Origin: Chloropicon primus | Lineage: Eukaryota | Reading direction: 5' to 3' | NCBI GenBank assembly: GCA_023205875.1 | Contig: CP060772.1 | Coordinates: 310,001 to 374,000 of the forward strand | DNA length: 64,000 bases | Shown: positions 10,554 through 21,222 of the stretch, in pieces | Numbering within the stretch: position 1 is the first letter of the stretch | Layout: every line of letters begins with the position of its first letter | The notes under the pieces: generated by a model | The model's input: only the letters and a program-made list of their open reading frames with translations | The model's database searches: none | What the model was told of the DNA's origin: nothing | Translations under genes and position numbers: made by a program

Positions 10554-11105
10554 ATGGAGGACAGTGACGGTGCGACGTGTTCCGACACGATAGAGGAGGA
10601 TCCGGTGGACGACTCGGGCGTTACGAGTTCGAAACGTTCGGTGGACAAGAAGTTCGTGGAAGCTTGTGACAAGTTGAGGCAAGGGATGCCGTTCCTGAAC
10701 TTGTGTGAAGAGGACACGGCGTTGTCGATCGCGGAGTTGAACTACCACTTGGTGGACAGCCGATGGCAGAGGAAAGAGATGCAGGATGAGACGAATCTGT
10801 CGGTTATACAGGGGTTCATCGTAACGGTCGCCAGGGAATACGACATGAGTGCGTTTGGTAGGTTCGACCACTTGTGCGATTTCATCGGGGCACAGGGTCT
10901 GCAGAGGGATGGCGTGCAGATCCTCGTCAAGTTCCAGGGAGGAGAACACCTCCTCCGTGGTGGAGGAGAGGCAGACAGTGAGGATTCCGAAAGTGACAAT
11001 CCTGGAACCGAAGCGGACACCGTTGTCCGAACCGAAACCCACAGTACACGGAGTCGCAGGTTAAGAAACTCGCGGAGATCTGCCCGCCGAACGAGAACGC
11101 GGTGA
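10554..11105 (+). CDS. Hypothetical orphan protein; the same frame resumes after a single TGA and runs to 11411
   Basis: ATG in GCCATGG context and protein-like composition. ORF 11118..11411 is in the same frame. Confidence 0.5.
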   Translation: MEDSDGATCSDTIEEDPVDDSGVTSSKRSVDKKFVEACDKLRQGMPFLNLCEEDTALSIAELNYHLVDSRWQRKEMQDETNLSVIQGFIVTVAREYDMSAFGRFDHLCDFIGAQGLQRDGVQILVKFQGGEHLLRGGGEADSEDSESDNPGTEADTVVRTETHSTRSRRLRNSRRSARRTRTR

Positions 11106-11518
11106 AGAAACTTCCTTTTGCTCCGCTACCGGCGGGACAACAACGGAGCGGCTCCAAAGAAGTGGGATGTGAGACAGAAAGGGGGACGAAAGAAGAAGAA
11201 GCCTCCCAGAACACCCTTCAACGCTGCAAAGGCAAGGCCGCCTGCAGGTCTACCTGCGGAAGAGCCATCCACTGTGCAAGACACCGAGAAGGCAAAAGTA
11301 GCGGTGGAGAGGGAATGCCCACCGCATTCATCTGCGCTGCCCACCGGTGATGCCCCGAAGCCCGGCGAGGGACTCACGGAGAATAATCCAAGCCAACTAC
11401 CGACGAACTAGCGGCTGCGCATAACGGAACCGGCACCCATGGTGGGACTCCGCAAGGAAATCGTTGACCTGTACCTCCTTTGTAATCTACACGGCACAAG
11501 GAAGGACTCTTGCTTGCT

Positions 11519-11875
11519 CTACCCTAAACTCTCCTTCCTCACTCTTCCTGCTTGACCTTGACGATGGAGGGCCGTCTTGCTTCGTGTTCTCTTCTTCGAC
11601 GAGCGACGAGGAGCAGCTTTGCAGAGCCCGACCTCTTCGAGGTACTCTCTCTTCACAACACATTGTTCCTTGTCGCTCAGCATAAGAGATGCGTCCGCAA
11701 AGATGATCCTCAACGCCTCGTTGTAGTCCTCGATCTCTCTCTTCTTCTCCGGCGACTTGCTGTCATAACGCTGGGCCTCCTGCACTGCGCTGGCGTACTC
11801 CTCCTCCGTCATCAGGCCGGACTCGAGAGCCTCTCTCCAATCCAAAGCATAGGGAGAAGGAGAATTCATCTTCAT
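11519..11875 (-). CDS. Hypothetical 118-aa protein
   Basis: AACATG start, helical charged sequence, GC3-rich codons; no family recognised. Confidence 0.55.
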   Translation of the reverse strand: MKMNSPSPYALDWREALESGLMTEEEYASAVQEAQRYDSKSPEKKREIEDYNEALRIIFADASLMLSDKEQCVVKREYLEEVGLCKAAPRRSSKKRTRSKTALHRQGQAGRVRKESLG

Positions 11876-11959
11876 GTTGTTGTTGGTGGTGGTCCCTTGT
11901 CATCATCACTACCGTCAGCGACCCTCGTCGCCGCGATCATCGCTGCCGTCGACCTGATC

Positions 11960-12808
11960 CCCATCACCATCACCATCACCATCACCATCAGTCTGGATGA
12001 TCATTCTGGTCTCCGCCTCCCAGGCTGGTGTGTGAGAGAGAGAGAGATACTGAGTTGAGTCTGTATTCACTTACCCCTCTCTCCCTCCCTCCATCGCCAT
12101 CCCCATCCCCATCCCCATCCCCATCACCATCACCATCACCATCACCATCACCATCAGTCTGGATGATCATTCTGGTCTCCGCCTCCCAGGCTGGTGGTTG
12201 AGAGAGAGAGAGATACTGAGTTGAGTCTGTATTCACTTACCCCTCTCTCCCTCCCTCCATCGCCATCCCCATCCCCATCCCCATCCCCATCACCATCACC
12301 ATCACCATCACCATCACCATCAGTCTGGATGATCATTCTGGTCTCCGCCTCCCAGGCTGGTGTAGAGAGAGAGAGAGAGATACTGAGTTGAGTCTGTATT
12401 CACTTACCCCTCTCTCCCTCCCTCCATCGCCATCACTCCCTCCACCATCACCATCACCATCACCATCCCCATCACCATCAGTCTGGATGATCATTCTGGT
12501 CTCCGCCTCCCAGGCTGGTGTGAGAGAGAGAGAGAGATACTGAGTTGAGTCTGTATTCACTTACCCCTCTCTCCCTCCCTCCATCGCCATCACTCCCTCC
12601 ACCATCACCATCACCATCACCATCCCCATCACCATCAGTCTGGATGATCATTCTGGTCTCCGCCTCCCAGGCTGGTGTGAGAGAGAGAGAGAGATACTGA
12701 GTTGAGTCTGTATTCACTTACCCCTCTCTCCCTCCCTCCATCACCATCACTCCCTCCACCATCACCATCCCCATCACCATCCCCATCCCCATCACCATCA
12801 CCATCACC
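11960..12808 (-). repeat. Tandem array of five 157-166-bp units, each with (CATCAC/CATCCC)n, (GA)n and a canonical ~50-nt intron on the minus strand
   Basis: GTCTGGATGATCATTC at 11991, 12157, 12323, 12481 and 12638. The minus strand reads GGG|GTAAGTGAATACAGACTCAACTCAGTATC(TC)n...CCAG|CCTGGG in every unit. Confidence 0.9.
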
Positions 12809-13214
12809 TAATGTGCTCCAGATCTCCCGGTCGTCGGGCGGCTGCTGGGAACACGGCGAAGCGAAGGCGGAGAACGCAGCAAGCGGCGACGTCGAGGACG
12901 AGCGGAGGAGGGAGCGAAAGGCGGAGGGGAGGGACCACACGATTTAGCATCTCTTGATCTTTCCAAAGACCTCTCACTTGCACGAGGAAGCGCGAGAGTT
13001 TCGTTGCCATTCACGAAAAGATCCATCCTCCGGAAAAAGTTTGTCGAAAAACAAAACGAGTGACTTTTGGATCGAATTACGGGCGGAAGAGGGAGAGGAA
13101 GAGAGCGAGCGTCACACCATTGGAGAGAGAATCTCACGCTTGTTTGATTCGTAGGTCACTTGACGCTATTTTCGTGACGCATCGATCATTTTGTTTGAGT
13201 TCATTCCCATCAGC

Positions 13215-15431
13215 ATGGAGGCGGCTCTGCATGAATGGAGGCACCAGTTGAGTGAGCAAGTGGCCAAGGAAGCGGATGGTAATGACGAGCAGCTTCGTGA
13301 CGACAAGTCAAGATTCTCATCCTTGTCCTCGACCCGGAGGCAAAGGAACAAATCTCGGAAACCATCGACTTCCTCGGTGGTGCTGGACAAGAGCCTAGAG
13401 GCTTGGACGTCCCTCGTTTGTGCAAAGTTGTTGCTCGAGGAGGAGGAGGAGGTGATGGCGGCATGTGGATCGGTGCTGGAGGCCACGATGGATGAGAACG
13501 TGAGAGGACTGGGCTTGAACTTGAGCAAGCACTTTTCGAAAGTGATGATGCAGAGGGGTGAGGTTGGGAACGGGTTGAGTCGGAGGGCACGAGCTCACGT
13601 TCACGCGAGTTTGATGGAGGTGTTGCTCGCGACGAATCCAAGGAAGGATGCGGAGACTTGCACACGATTCTGCGATGACGTTGGCAAGGGTCTCGAGACT
13701 TACCTGAAGCATTCTTATTTCGGGGACAGCACTGGCGCCGTTGTCGAGGGGAGGGCGTTGGAGTTGCTGGAGGCCAGAACATGGTCGCTCGTGCCGCAGC
13801 TGAAGGAGAACTTGCTGGGCACCTCGAAGACGAGAGGGGTGGAGGGCAAGAGGTGCTTCGGGGAGAGAATGTCGAGGCTTTGCGACGAGATCCAGACCGA
13901 ATTGAAGCAGAACTCGGACCTGAATCACTTGCCTCTCGACGAGGTGAAACGGGTGGTGCACAAGTGCAACATCCTTTGCAGATACGTTTCCAAGCTCCTG
14001 ATGACCAAGTTCAGCTTCGTTCCAACAGTGAGCGTCCAAATGATTGCGGCAGCGATGGATTCCTACTTTTTGTTTTGCCGGAAGATATTGTCGTCGCCCT
14101 CCGCCACCAAGGGGAGCGAGTTGGTCGACACGTGCAGACAGGCAGCTCGGGGGTTGTCCAGTCTCTTGAGCTTGCAGAGAGTCTTGGTCGAGACGACTTC
14201 GGGTTCCATTTTGATTTGGGTGGAGCCTTTCGTGAAGCAACTGAACGTGGTCTCAAAGCTGGCGCTGTCGAGACACCTGATGCTCGTAGAGACGGAATTC
14301 GTGAGGGGTGAAGTCAGCTTGATACGGGAAACCATGCTGACCATGATGACGTGGCTCAAGGCCTACAAGGCGGCCTTTGCCCTCAAGCTGAAGCCCCAGG
14401 TCCTTGCCGTCCCCTTTGTTGTTCTCATTCACCTTTGCAAGAAGCTCGAGTCCAGGCGGAGGGGAAAAATCAGCGGCGAACGGTGGATCGAAGAAAAGTG
14501 GAGAAGTGACTGGCTCGCAGGATTATCCAAAACCAGTTTTGAGTTCCTTTCCGTTGTCTGCCAGTGCACCTCCCTCCTGTGGCCGACCCAAGAGATGCAA
14601 GCGATGATTGGAATGTCCTTGATCGACACCTGCAGCGACCTCGTGGCGACCACGAGGCTGCTCTTGCAGGAAGACAAAGTGGGGGGCACGACGACGACGA
14701 TAATGCGTGGACTCCAGAGGACCGATCTCGACGAAATGGAATCCCTTTGCGTCAGCGGATTGAATGCCCTGACGCAAATGAGCCAGTGCTCGAGCTCGCC
14801 CACGTTCGCCTCTCTGAGAGAGAGAACGATTTCTGTGGCGCGGGAAGCGTGCAGGTTTTCGAACTCGCACCACCTGGGAGCCTTGGCTCTGGCCTCTGAC
14901 ACGACTTTGCAGGGACTGCGTTGCGTGCTGAGGCCCAAGGTCCTGCGCAAGTGGGACATCATCGGGGAAGAGGATAGGGAAACGGATCGAGGAAGGTTCT
15001 TGCTGCTGACGACGGGAACGATTCCTGACTTGTTCGAGGAATTGTTCGACCAGCATGCAAAGGCGAGAGCCACGACGGCAACCAAGACTGAGAACGGCGA
15101 CGCCGCCCAACAGCATCCGCCGAAAGAGGCGGCTGCGGGATCGGCCAAGGGCTCGATTCCGGAGGCAAAGAAGGTCGCCGCAGCCAGGGGGCAGACGAGT
15201 CTGAAACCCATCCCCCCCGCGCCGGCGGCGAGCAAGAGAGAGAGGGAAGGGCGCCCCCCTACCAAGAGTCAGGAAAGGGATCAGGTGAAGGTGCGAGCTT
15301 TGGAATCCCCAGAAGAGCCGCGGAAGCCTTTGATGCCGCCCACCAAAACATCGATGTCCAACTACGAGGACCTTCTCTCGGTCAGCGAGGGGGATTCCCT
15401 TTCCCTGGACTCTGGCATGGGAGACGATTGA
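13215..15431 (+). CDS. 738-aa alpha-helical protein with Pro/charged tail and acidic C-terminus (possibly RIX1/PELP1-like)
   Basis: Long intronless ORF with a Leu-rich helical body and low-complexity tail. The family guess rests only on architecture. Confidence 0.75.
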   Translation: MEAALHEWRHQLSEQVAKEADGNDEQLRDDKSRFSSLSSTRRQRNKSRKPSTSSVVLDKSLEAWTSLVCAKLLLEEEEEVMAACGSVLEATMDENVRGLGLNLSKHFSKVMMQRGEVGNGLSRRARAHVHASLMEVLLATNPRKDAETCTRFCDDVGKGLETYLKHSYFGDSTGAVVEGRALELLEARTWSLVPQLKENLLGTSKTRGVEGKRCFGERMSRLCDEIQTELKQNSDLNHLPLDEVKRVVHKCNILCRYVSKLLMTKFSFVPTVSVQMIAAAMDSYFLFCRKILSSPSATKGSELVDTCRQAARGLSSLLSLQRVLVETTSGSILIWVEPFVKQLNVVSKLALSRHLMLVETEFVRGEVSLIRETMLTMMTWLKAYKAAFALKLKPQVLAVPFVVLIHLCKKLESRRRGKISGERWIEEKWRSDWLAGLSKTSFEFLSVVCQCTSLLWPTQEMQAMIGMSLIDTCSDLVATTRLLLQEDKVGGTTTTIMRGLQRTDLDEMESLCVSGLNALTQMSQCSSSPTFASLRERTISVAREACRFSNSHHLGALALASDTTLQGLRCVLRPKVLRKWDIIGEEDRETDRGRFLLLTTGTIPDLFEELFDQHAKARATTATKTENGDAAQQHPPKEAAAGSAKGSIPEAKKVAAARGQTSLKPIPPAPAASKREREGRPPTKSQERDQVKVRALESPEEPRKPLMPPTKTSMSNYEDLLSVSEGDSLSLDSGMGDD

Positions 15432-15475
15432 TGACTCCATAAAGCTAAAATACTCCTGATACACGATTCATTCTG

Positions 15476-15960
15476 TCAGAGATCCGAGAGCGAGTTCCGC
15501 CAATTATTGTCCTGCTCCTCGTCGTCGTAGTCCTCGTCCTCGTCCTCGCGAGTGTCTCCCCTCTGCTCCTTCTGCCCCTCGAGAAGCCCTTCCCACTGCA
15601 GTCCCTCCTCCAGGGAGAGCGTCTGCTTCTGCCCCGCTGGTCCCACGCACTGGTACTCCACATGGTCAACCTCCTTGTAGTAAGGACCCAGCACAACCAT
15701 CCTCCTCAACTCACAGGACTTCTCACAGTCCCCTGAGTCCCACTGACAAGCCTCAGTGAAGCACTCCTTGTCACAGTGGCTGTCACCGATGAAAGCTTTC
15801 TTGCATCCTGGAGCACATTCACCGGGAAGGAGCTCCCGCCCGCCATCTCCCTCTCCCGCCTCTGCCACCTCTTCCACTTGGCCAAGGCAGGACAGGGACA
15901 GAGTGGTGGTGAGGAGGAGGAGGACACAGAGGAAGGATGATGATGGAGCTGATGCCGCCA
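15476..15960 (-). CDS. Small secreted protein with an LNR (Lin12/Notch) repeat; start codon unresolved
   Basis: ECAPGCKKAFIGDSHCDKECFTEACQWDSGDC is an LNR pattern. The in-frame upstream segment FLCVLLLLTTTLSLSCLG is signal-like. No in-frame ATG; a short upstream exon (ATG at ~16097) is possible. Confidence 0.7.
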
Positions 15961-16325
15961 GCTTGACCCTTCCAATTGTTCCAGTTTCACACCAATCGAA
16001 ATATCTTGTGATACAATTATAATCTATTGCGCTCCCTGTTCAAGCTGACTCCACCTCAACCCCTGATACCCTTCAAACTACCTTTCCTTCCTGCCATCCA
16101 ACAAACCAGAGGGAAAAGATCACCTTTCAGTCTCTCCCGTCCTCAACAGAGCGCCAAATGGGACAAGCGACGGCTCTATGGAAAGCTCACGACATGTTGC
16201 TTCCGCAAGTTGGTTTCCTTTCCGCATCCTCTCGTCGTCACCGTCGCTAAACGTACCTTGAAGTTGAAGTCCCCTCTGATGACTCACTCAATCCTGTCCT
16301 TGGGATCGAGAGCACTCTGAAATCA

Positions 16326-16367
<42 letters not shown>

Positions 16368-16438
16368 ACGGGTTCATCGATTGCTTGTGAACGAAGGCTG
16401 ACTCTTATCGAGATAAAGAGTGCGTCAAGCAAACGACT

Positions 16439-16600
16439 GTCTCGAGATCTTTCCAAAGAGCCCTTGGTTGGCCAAATCGACGCTCGGAGTGGTCGAGGGA
16501 TCGACGAAGAGGACAGAAAGTGAAAGAGAAACCACCCGAGTGGCCCACCTTATCGAGGACGGTGGCGGCGAGGACAGCGACGAGAGGGGAAGGGGAGGGT
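16439..16600 (-). repeat. Dispersed promoter-region repeat, family A, copy 2
   Basis: Reverse complement of 5001-5162 with few mismatches. Confidence 0.9.
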
Positions 16601-16737
16601 ACGGGACGAAGCGTTGACTCGTTATCTTTGTCCAACCTTGGTGCAAGGGGGGAACAGGGAGAAAGGGAGGGAGAGATAGAGAGAAGGGAATCCATCCAAG
16701 CATCCATCCAAGCATCCAGGTTCATCCAGGTGGTTGG

Positions 16738-17478
16738 ATGATTCTTGTTACTTTTGACGTGGATGGGACTCTCATCGAGAGTGAAGGGTTGCACGCAAAT
16801 AAGCTTCACAAGGAAGCATTCAGCTTTGGGTTCAAGTCTGTTTTTGGATTGGAGACCAGCATCGATGAAGGGGTAAAGCACCATGGCATGACTGATCCAC
16901 TGATCATCCAAGCGGTTTTGGAGCACCACAAGTTGAAGGTGACACAAGACACGATGAAGCAAGTGCAGGATTCCATGGTCACGCATGCTTTGGGTGCGGC
17001 CAAGGAGGCGGACACCGGGTTGAGGGCATTGGAAGGGACGCAGGAGCTCCTTGACAAGTTGAATTCCGCCGGCATGATCGTCGCTCTCACGACAGGAAAC
17101 CTTGAACCCATCGCTTGGTTGAAGATGGATGCCCTGGGACTGAAGCCTTCCTTCAGCGTTCCCCTCGTGGGCGGCTTTGGTTCGGACTACTGGGGGGGAG
17201 ACATCTCAAAAGGCGGAGAGGACCGAGCGCAGCTGCTTCGGATAGCGAGGAAGAGGGCGGGAGACGTGGCCGCTCACTTTCACTTCGGTGACTCTCCATA
17301 CGACATCAGTGCCGCGGAACTCGCTGGCGCCACGCCTATCGGAGTCACCACCGGCGTGTTCTCGGAGAAGGAGCTGCGGGACGCTTCCAAAGATCCGGAA
17401 TCACTCTTGGTCCTCGAGTCCTTACGCGACGCGGACGCCATCCTAGACTTTGTGGCCTCCAAATCAAAGAACGAGTAA
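16738..17478 (+). CDS. HAD-superfamily hydrolase
   Basis: Motif I FDVDGTL, motif II TTGN, motif IV FGDSPYDI. Confidence 0.92.
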   Translation: MILVTFDVDGTLIESEGLHANKLHKEAFSFGFKSVFGLETSIDEGVKHHGMTDPLIIQAVLEHHKLKVTQDTMKQVQDSMVTHALGAAKEADTGLRALEGTQELLDKLNSAGMIVALTTGNLEPIAWLKMDALGLKPSFSVPLVGGFGSDYWGGDISKGGEDRAQLLRIARKRAGDVAAHFHFGDSPYDISAAELAGATPIGVTTGVFSEKELRDASKDPESLLVLESLRDADAILDFVASKSKNE

Positions 17479-17508
17479 TTGTTGTACAAAAAGGAAGAAG
17501 CCTTCTTC

Positions 17509-18531
17509 TTACTTGAGGCCCAAGGCATCTCTTTTGGCAAACACTTTTTTCACGAAGACTGAAGCCTCGTCGTCCAAGAAGGACTTGAGCTCGTCCACCA
17601 AAGCTGCTTCCGTCTCGTCCGTTGCGAGCTTTTCCATGATGAACTTGCAGAGACTCGGCTCTTCTTCGCCCAAGAGGTTCTTCGTCTCCTGCAGAATCCA
17701 CGCTTCGAGCTCGTCCGTTCCAGCCTTCGCGGTCTCCTCGGTTTCAGGATCCTCCTCGAAGATGTTCTTCTTCTTCACGCTGACGTTCATGACGTTCACT
17801 TTTACCTTCCCCTCGAGCTTCACGGGAGCAACGCCATCATCTTCTGCCTCCTGCCGCACTGGAGGCGATGGTCCCCTGCCCTCGCGATCCCCTTCCCTCT
17901 TGGCATCCCCCCTTTCCTCCCCCTCCCCCTCCTCTGCCCTCCTCTTCCTGCCCCTCCGCCTCTCGTCCTCGTGCGCCGACCCTCTCCTCCTCCGGTCATC
18001 CCTTGACGCCCTCGCATCATCCCTCCTCCTCTCCTCCAAGAACCTCTCGATCGCTGCCCTGGTCGCCATGAACTCCACCTTGGACCCCTGGCTCTCCTCC
18101 CCCTCCTCCGGCTCCTCCGTGGAGGCCAACTTGGCACTGAGAGTCTCCAGGTACTGCGCCGTTGCTTGGTTGGGCTTCACCACCAGCGGACGCTCCCCTC
18201 CCACTAGAAGAAGCAGAACACATAATGTCGTTAGTTCAATGTCTCACCTCAACCAACCGGGAGGCAACTCACCATCCAGGCCATGGAGGACCTCCAAAGC
18301 ACTCAAGCAACTCACGCCGTGCTGATACTCGCAGAACCCGTAGTGCTTCGCCCTCTCAGTCTCCCAGTCCGCCGCCCGGAGCCAAGACTTGACCTTGCCA
18401 CAGGCATCGAGGATGAAGTCCACATCACGCTCGCTCCATCCTGAAGGGATCTCACCCACGAACACAGTCGTGCTCCTCGGAAGACCCAAGCGGACCTCCA
18501 CATCCAATGCCTTGGCTACTGGACAAGCCAT
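17509..18531 (-). CDS. RBM25: RRM + PWI domain splicing factor (RBM25/Snu71-like), 2 exons
   Basis: Exons 18531-18258 and 18203-17509 (54-nt intron with CTAAC branch). RRM TVFVG...CGKVKSW...YGFCEY; C-terminal PWI-like LEAWI...LLGEEEPSL...FLDDEASVFVKK. Confidence 0.8.
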
Positions 18532-18947
18532 GATGTTGATCTCAAGGTTAGGTCCTCTCTAATGAGCAAATCAGAGCCAAACGAAGAAAGCGACGGCTCT
18601 TTCGAAAGATCAAGAGATGAACTTTCTGGTGACGATCCGTCCTTCTGTCCCTTTCTCCTCCTGCTCGCGATACCTCCCCTCCTTTGCTCCCCTCCCTCCT
18701 CCTCCCACGATGTAGATCAATTCTTTCGTTACTTTTCTAAATCTCCACCAAATGGACCGATCTCGGGCTCTACGGAAAGATCACGATACTCTCTTCCCTC
18801 TGTTCCCCTTCCCTTCCCCTCCTTCTCCCCTTGTGCTCGCGATACCTCCCCTCCTTTGCTCCCCTCCCTCCTCCTCAGCAGAAGCCCAGAAGCGTAGTGG
18901 TGACGGCGCCACAGAACGGAGGAGGAGAAGGCGAAGAGGGCGAGAGG

Positions 18948-19929
18948 ATGGCAAAAGGCGAGGAGAGACACGGAGCATGGTCCATCGGGTGCTTCGTAAC
19001 GCTCGAGACGACGTTAGAGTCCGACCCTCTTGTTCAAGGACAAGTGTTCTGTTACGATGACAGAACAAAAGTTCTCGTTCTTTTGGAAGGGAACAAGAAT
19101 TCGTTCTCTTTAGGGGAGAAGGAAGGGTACGACTTGAGGATGTTGAGCGTTAACTTCGTGAAGAGAGTCGTAACGGCCGAGCACCTTCAGGACAATAGCA
19201 AGAAACAAATGAACAAGCCATTGCCTTACGTCTGCACGAAGAGAACGGAACAAAGGTGAGTCCATGAAATCCACATGAAATCCCCTTTCCTGCCGTCAAC
19301 GATGCATGCTTCAGCGGAGGAAGAGAGAGAAAGGGATGAGATCAGTGTGTGCATCAGGAAGAGAGTCTTCCTCTCTCTCTGTCTTTGCTCTGGTTCCTTC
19401 TGCCTCCTCTTTCCACTTCAACAGAAGAGGCAGAGAGAGAGAGAGAGGTGATGATGATGATGATAAAGAGGAGGAAGAGTGGAGTTCAGGTGGCCTCACC
19501 TCCCCGTGTGATGATGGGCCAAGAGTCTTTCTCCTTTCCCATTGGGAACTCGCTCCCGAGGTGGTGAACTGCTCGATCGGCGTTGGACGGACTGGAGTGA
19601 CTGACTGTTTTTTTGTGCGTGTGTGTGTGTGCGTGTGTGTGTATCCAATTGCTGCCTTTGCTGTTGCTGCGATGGTTGCTCTTCCAAGGGAGGCCAAGGC
19701 TCTGCAGGAGGCGAAGAAGCGTGCCGATCAGATTGGCGTCGGTGTCACAAGGGAAGCCCAGAGAATTTTCGACAGCGTCAACAAAACTCTTCCTTGCGAG
19801 TGGAAAGGCAAAGACATCGTCGTCATCGGTGAGGTCACGATTGTGGCTCCTTACGGCGTCGAGAACTGCAGTGTCGTGGCTGGCGCAGAGAAAACTTTGC
19901 AGCAGGTGGTCAAGGTGCTGAGCTCCTAA
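18948..19929 (+). CDS. LSM12: LSM12-like protein (Lsm + anticodon-binding domain), 2 exons
   Basis: Exons 18948-19255 and 19689-19929 join in frame. Motifs VQGQVFCYD and IGVGVTREAQRIFDSVNKTLPCEWKGKDIVV..EVTIVAPY. Confidence 0.88.
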
Positions 19930-20474
19930 CTTTGTATTCTACTTTTGGCTTTTTGAAGAGCAAGGACCACGGGCGAGTCCGACCGACCGTACGCACCTGC
20001 AGTGCCTTCCCTCCTCGTCCCCGTTGCCAATCATCACGGCTCCCGCTCCGCTCGTGCACTCTCCTCCTCCTCACCAGTGCATCAGCATCATTCCTCCCAA
20101 GTGAGGGCATTTCAGAAAGAGCAAAAGATAGCAAGACGATCTGTTGGCGTCCTTTCTTCTCATCACCCTGCCTCCCGTCCTCCTCGTCTTCCAACCAACC
20201 AACTCCTTGCCACCTTCATCCACTCACTCATCCAAGAGCTCGGCCGTTATAATTCAAACTGGAAAACGCCAGAACTTCGTAACGGGCGGGCAACGCAACA
20301 GAGAGACAGAGAGACGAGGACGAGGAAGGGGAGGAGGAAGGGGAGGAGGAAAGGGAAGCTCCCGGTGCACCGCGTCGTGGCTTCTCTTCTCTTCCGGAGC
20401 AAGCTTCTCGTTAGAGAGTCAGAGTGTTCGCGAACGAGAGAACGAGAGAGAGAGAGAGAGAGAGAGAGACGGGG

Positions 20475-21149
20475 ATGGTGAGGATGGAGGTGGACGACGG
20501 GACGAGGAAGCGGGCGATGATTTTGGCCAAGGGGTCCTGGCTCGATGGTCTCCTGAAAGCGAAAGGGTACTACCTGCAGGGCAGAGGGAAAACGAAAGCG
20601 GCGAAGAGACTCTTTCCGCCGAGGAGATCGGCATCCCAAGCGCAAGCGTCCCAAGCGCAAGCCCCACCGCGGACTTCAAGGATTCTTCAAGACATCTCCA
20701 ACACGAGGCTGGCGTCGTCCAACAACAACAACGAGAGCGGGGGCAACCGTCCATCGGACCGCCACACGATGCAGGTGGTGAGGAGAACGAGGTCGCCGTG
20801 GTCGTGCGGCTCCAAGGGCAGCAGCATGGGCTCGAGCGAGCCCCTCAGGGTGAAAGTGAAGCGGGCGGACATGGCACCGGACGCCGTAGCCCTCGCCGTT
20901 CAGGTGGCAACCGATGCGATACAGTTGTCGGGCGTGGACAACCACAGGGATATCGCCAAGACTCTCAAGGAAGAATTTGATCGTGAGCTGAGCCCCGCGT
21001 GGCAGTGCATTGTTGGGCAGCGCTTCGGAAGCTTCATCACGCACGCCGAGGGCACCTTCGTGTACTTCATCGTGGGCGACTTGGCGATTCTTCTCTTTCG
21101 AACGATTCCAGCGAGCTGCACAGAGGCAGACTCGTCGTGCGAGAGATAG
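20475..21149 (+). CDS. Dynein light chain type 1 (LC8 family) with long N-terminal extension
   Basis: DIAKTLKEEFDRELSPAWQCIVGQRFGSFITH...FVYF...AILLF. Confidence 0.92.
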   Translation: MVRMEVDDGTRKRAMILAKGSWLDGLLKAKGYYLQGRGKTKAAKRLFPPRRSASQAQASQAQAPPRTSRILQDISNTRLASSNNNNESGGNRPSDRHTMQVVRRTRSPWSCGSKGSSMGSSEPLRVKVKRADMAPDAVALAVQVATDAIQLSGVDNHRDIAKTLKEEFDRELSPAWQCIVGQRFGSFITHAEGTFVYFIVGDLAILLFRTIPASCTEADSSCER

Positions 21150-21222
21150 ACAGGTAGACAGACAAAGAATGTTATGATGATTCCCGACGACGACGGGGAG
21201 CTTACAGCGGTTACATATATAG

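Noticed and set aside
11103..11105. Selenocysteine codon
   Set aside because: No Cys/redox context and no recognisable SECIS; kept only as an unexplained in-frame stop.
11960..12808. GD-repeat proteins (ORFs 11988..12940) or a CRISPR array
   Set aside because: The ORFs are by-products of the (GATGGT)n microsatellite; units are near-identical throughout and have no unique spacers.
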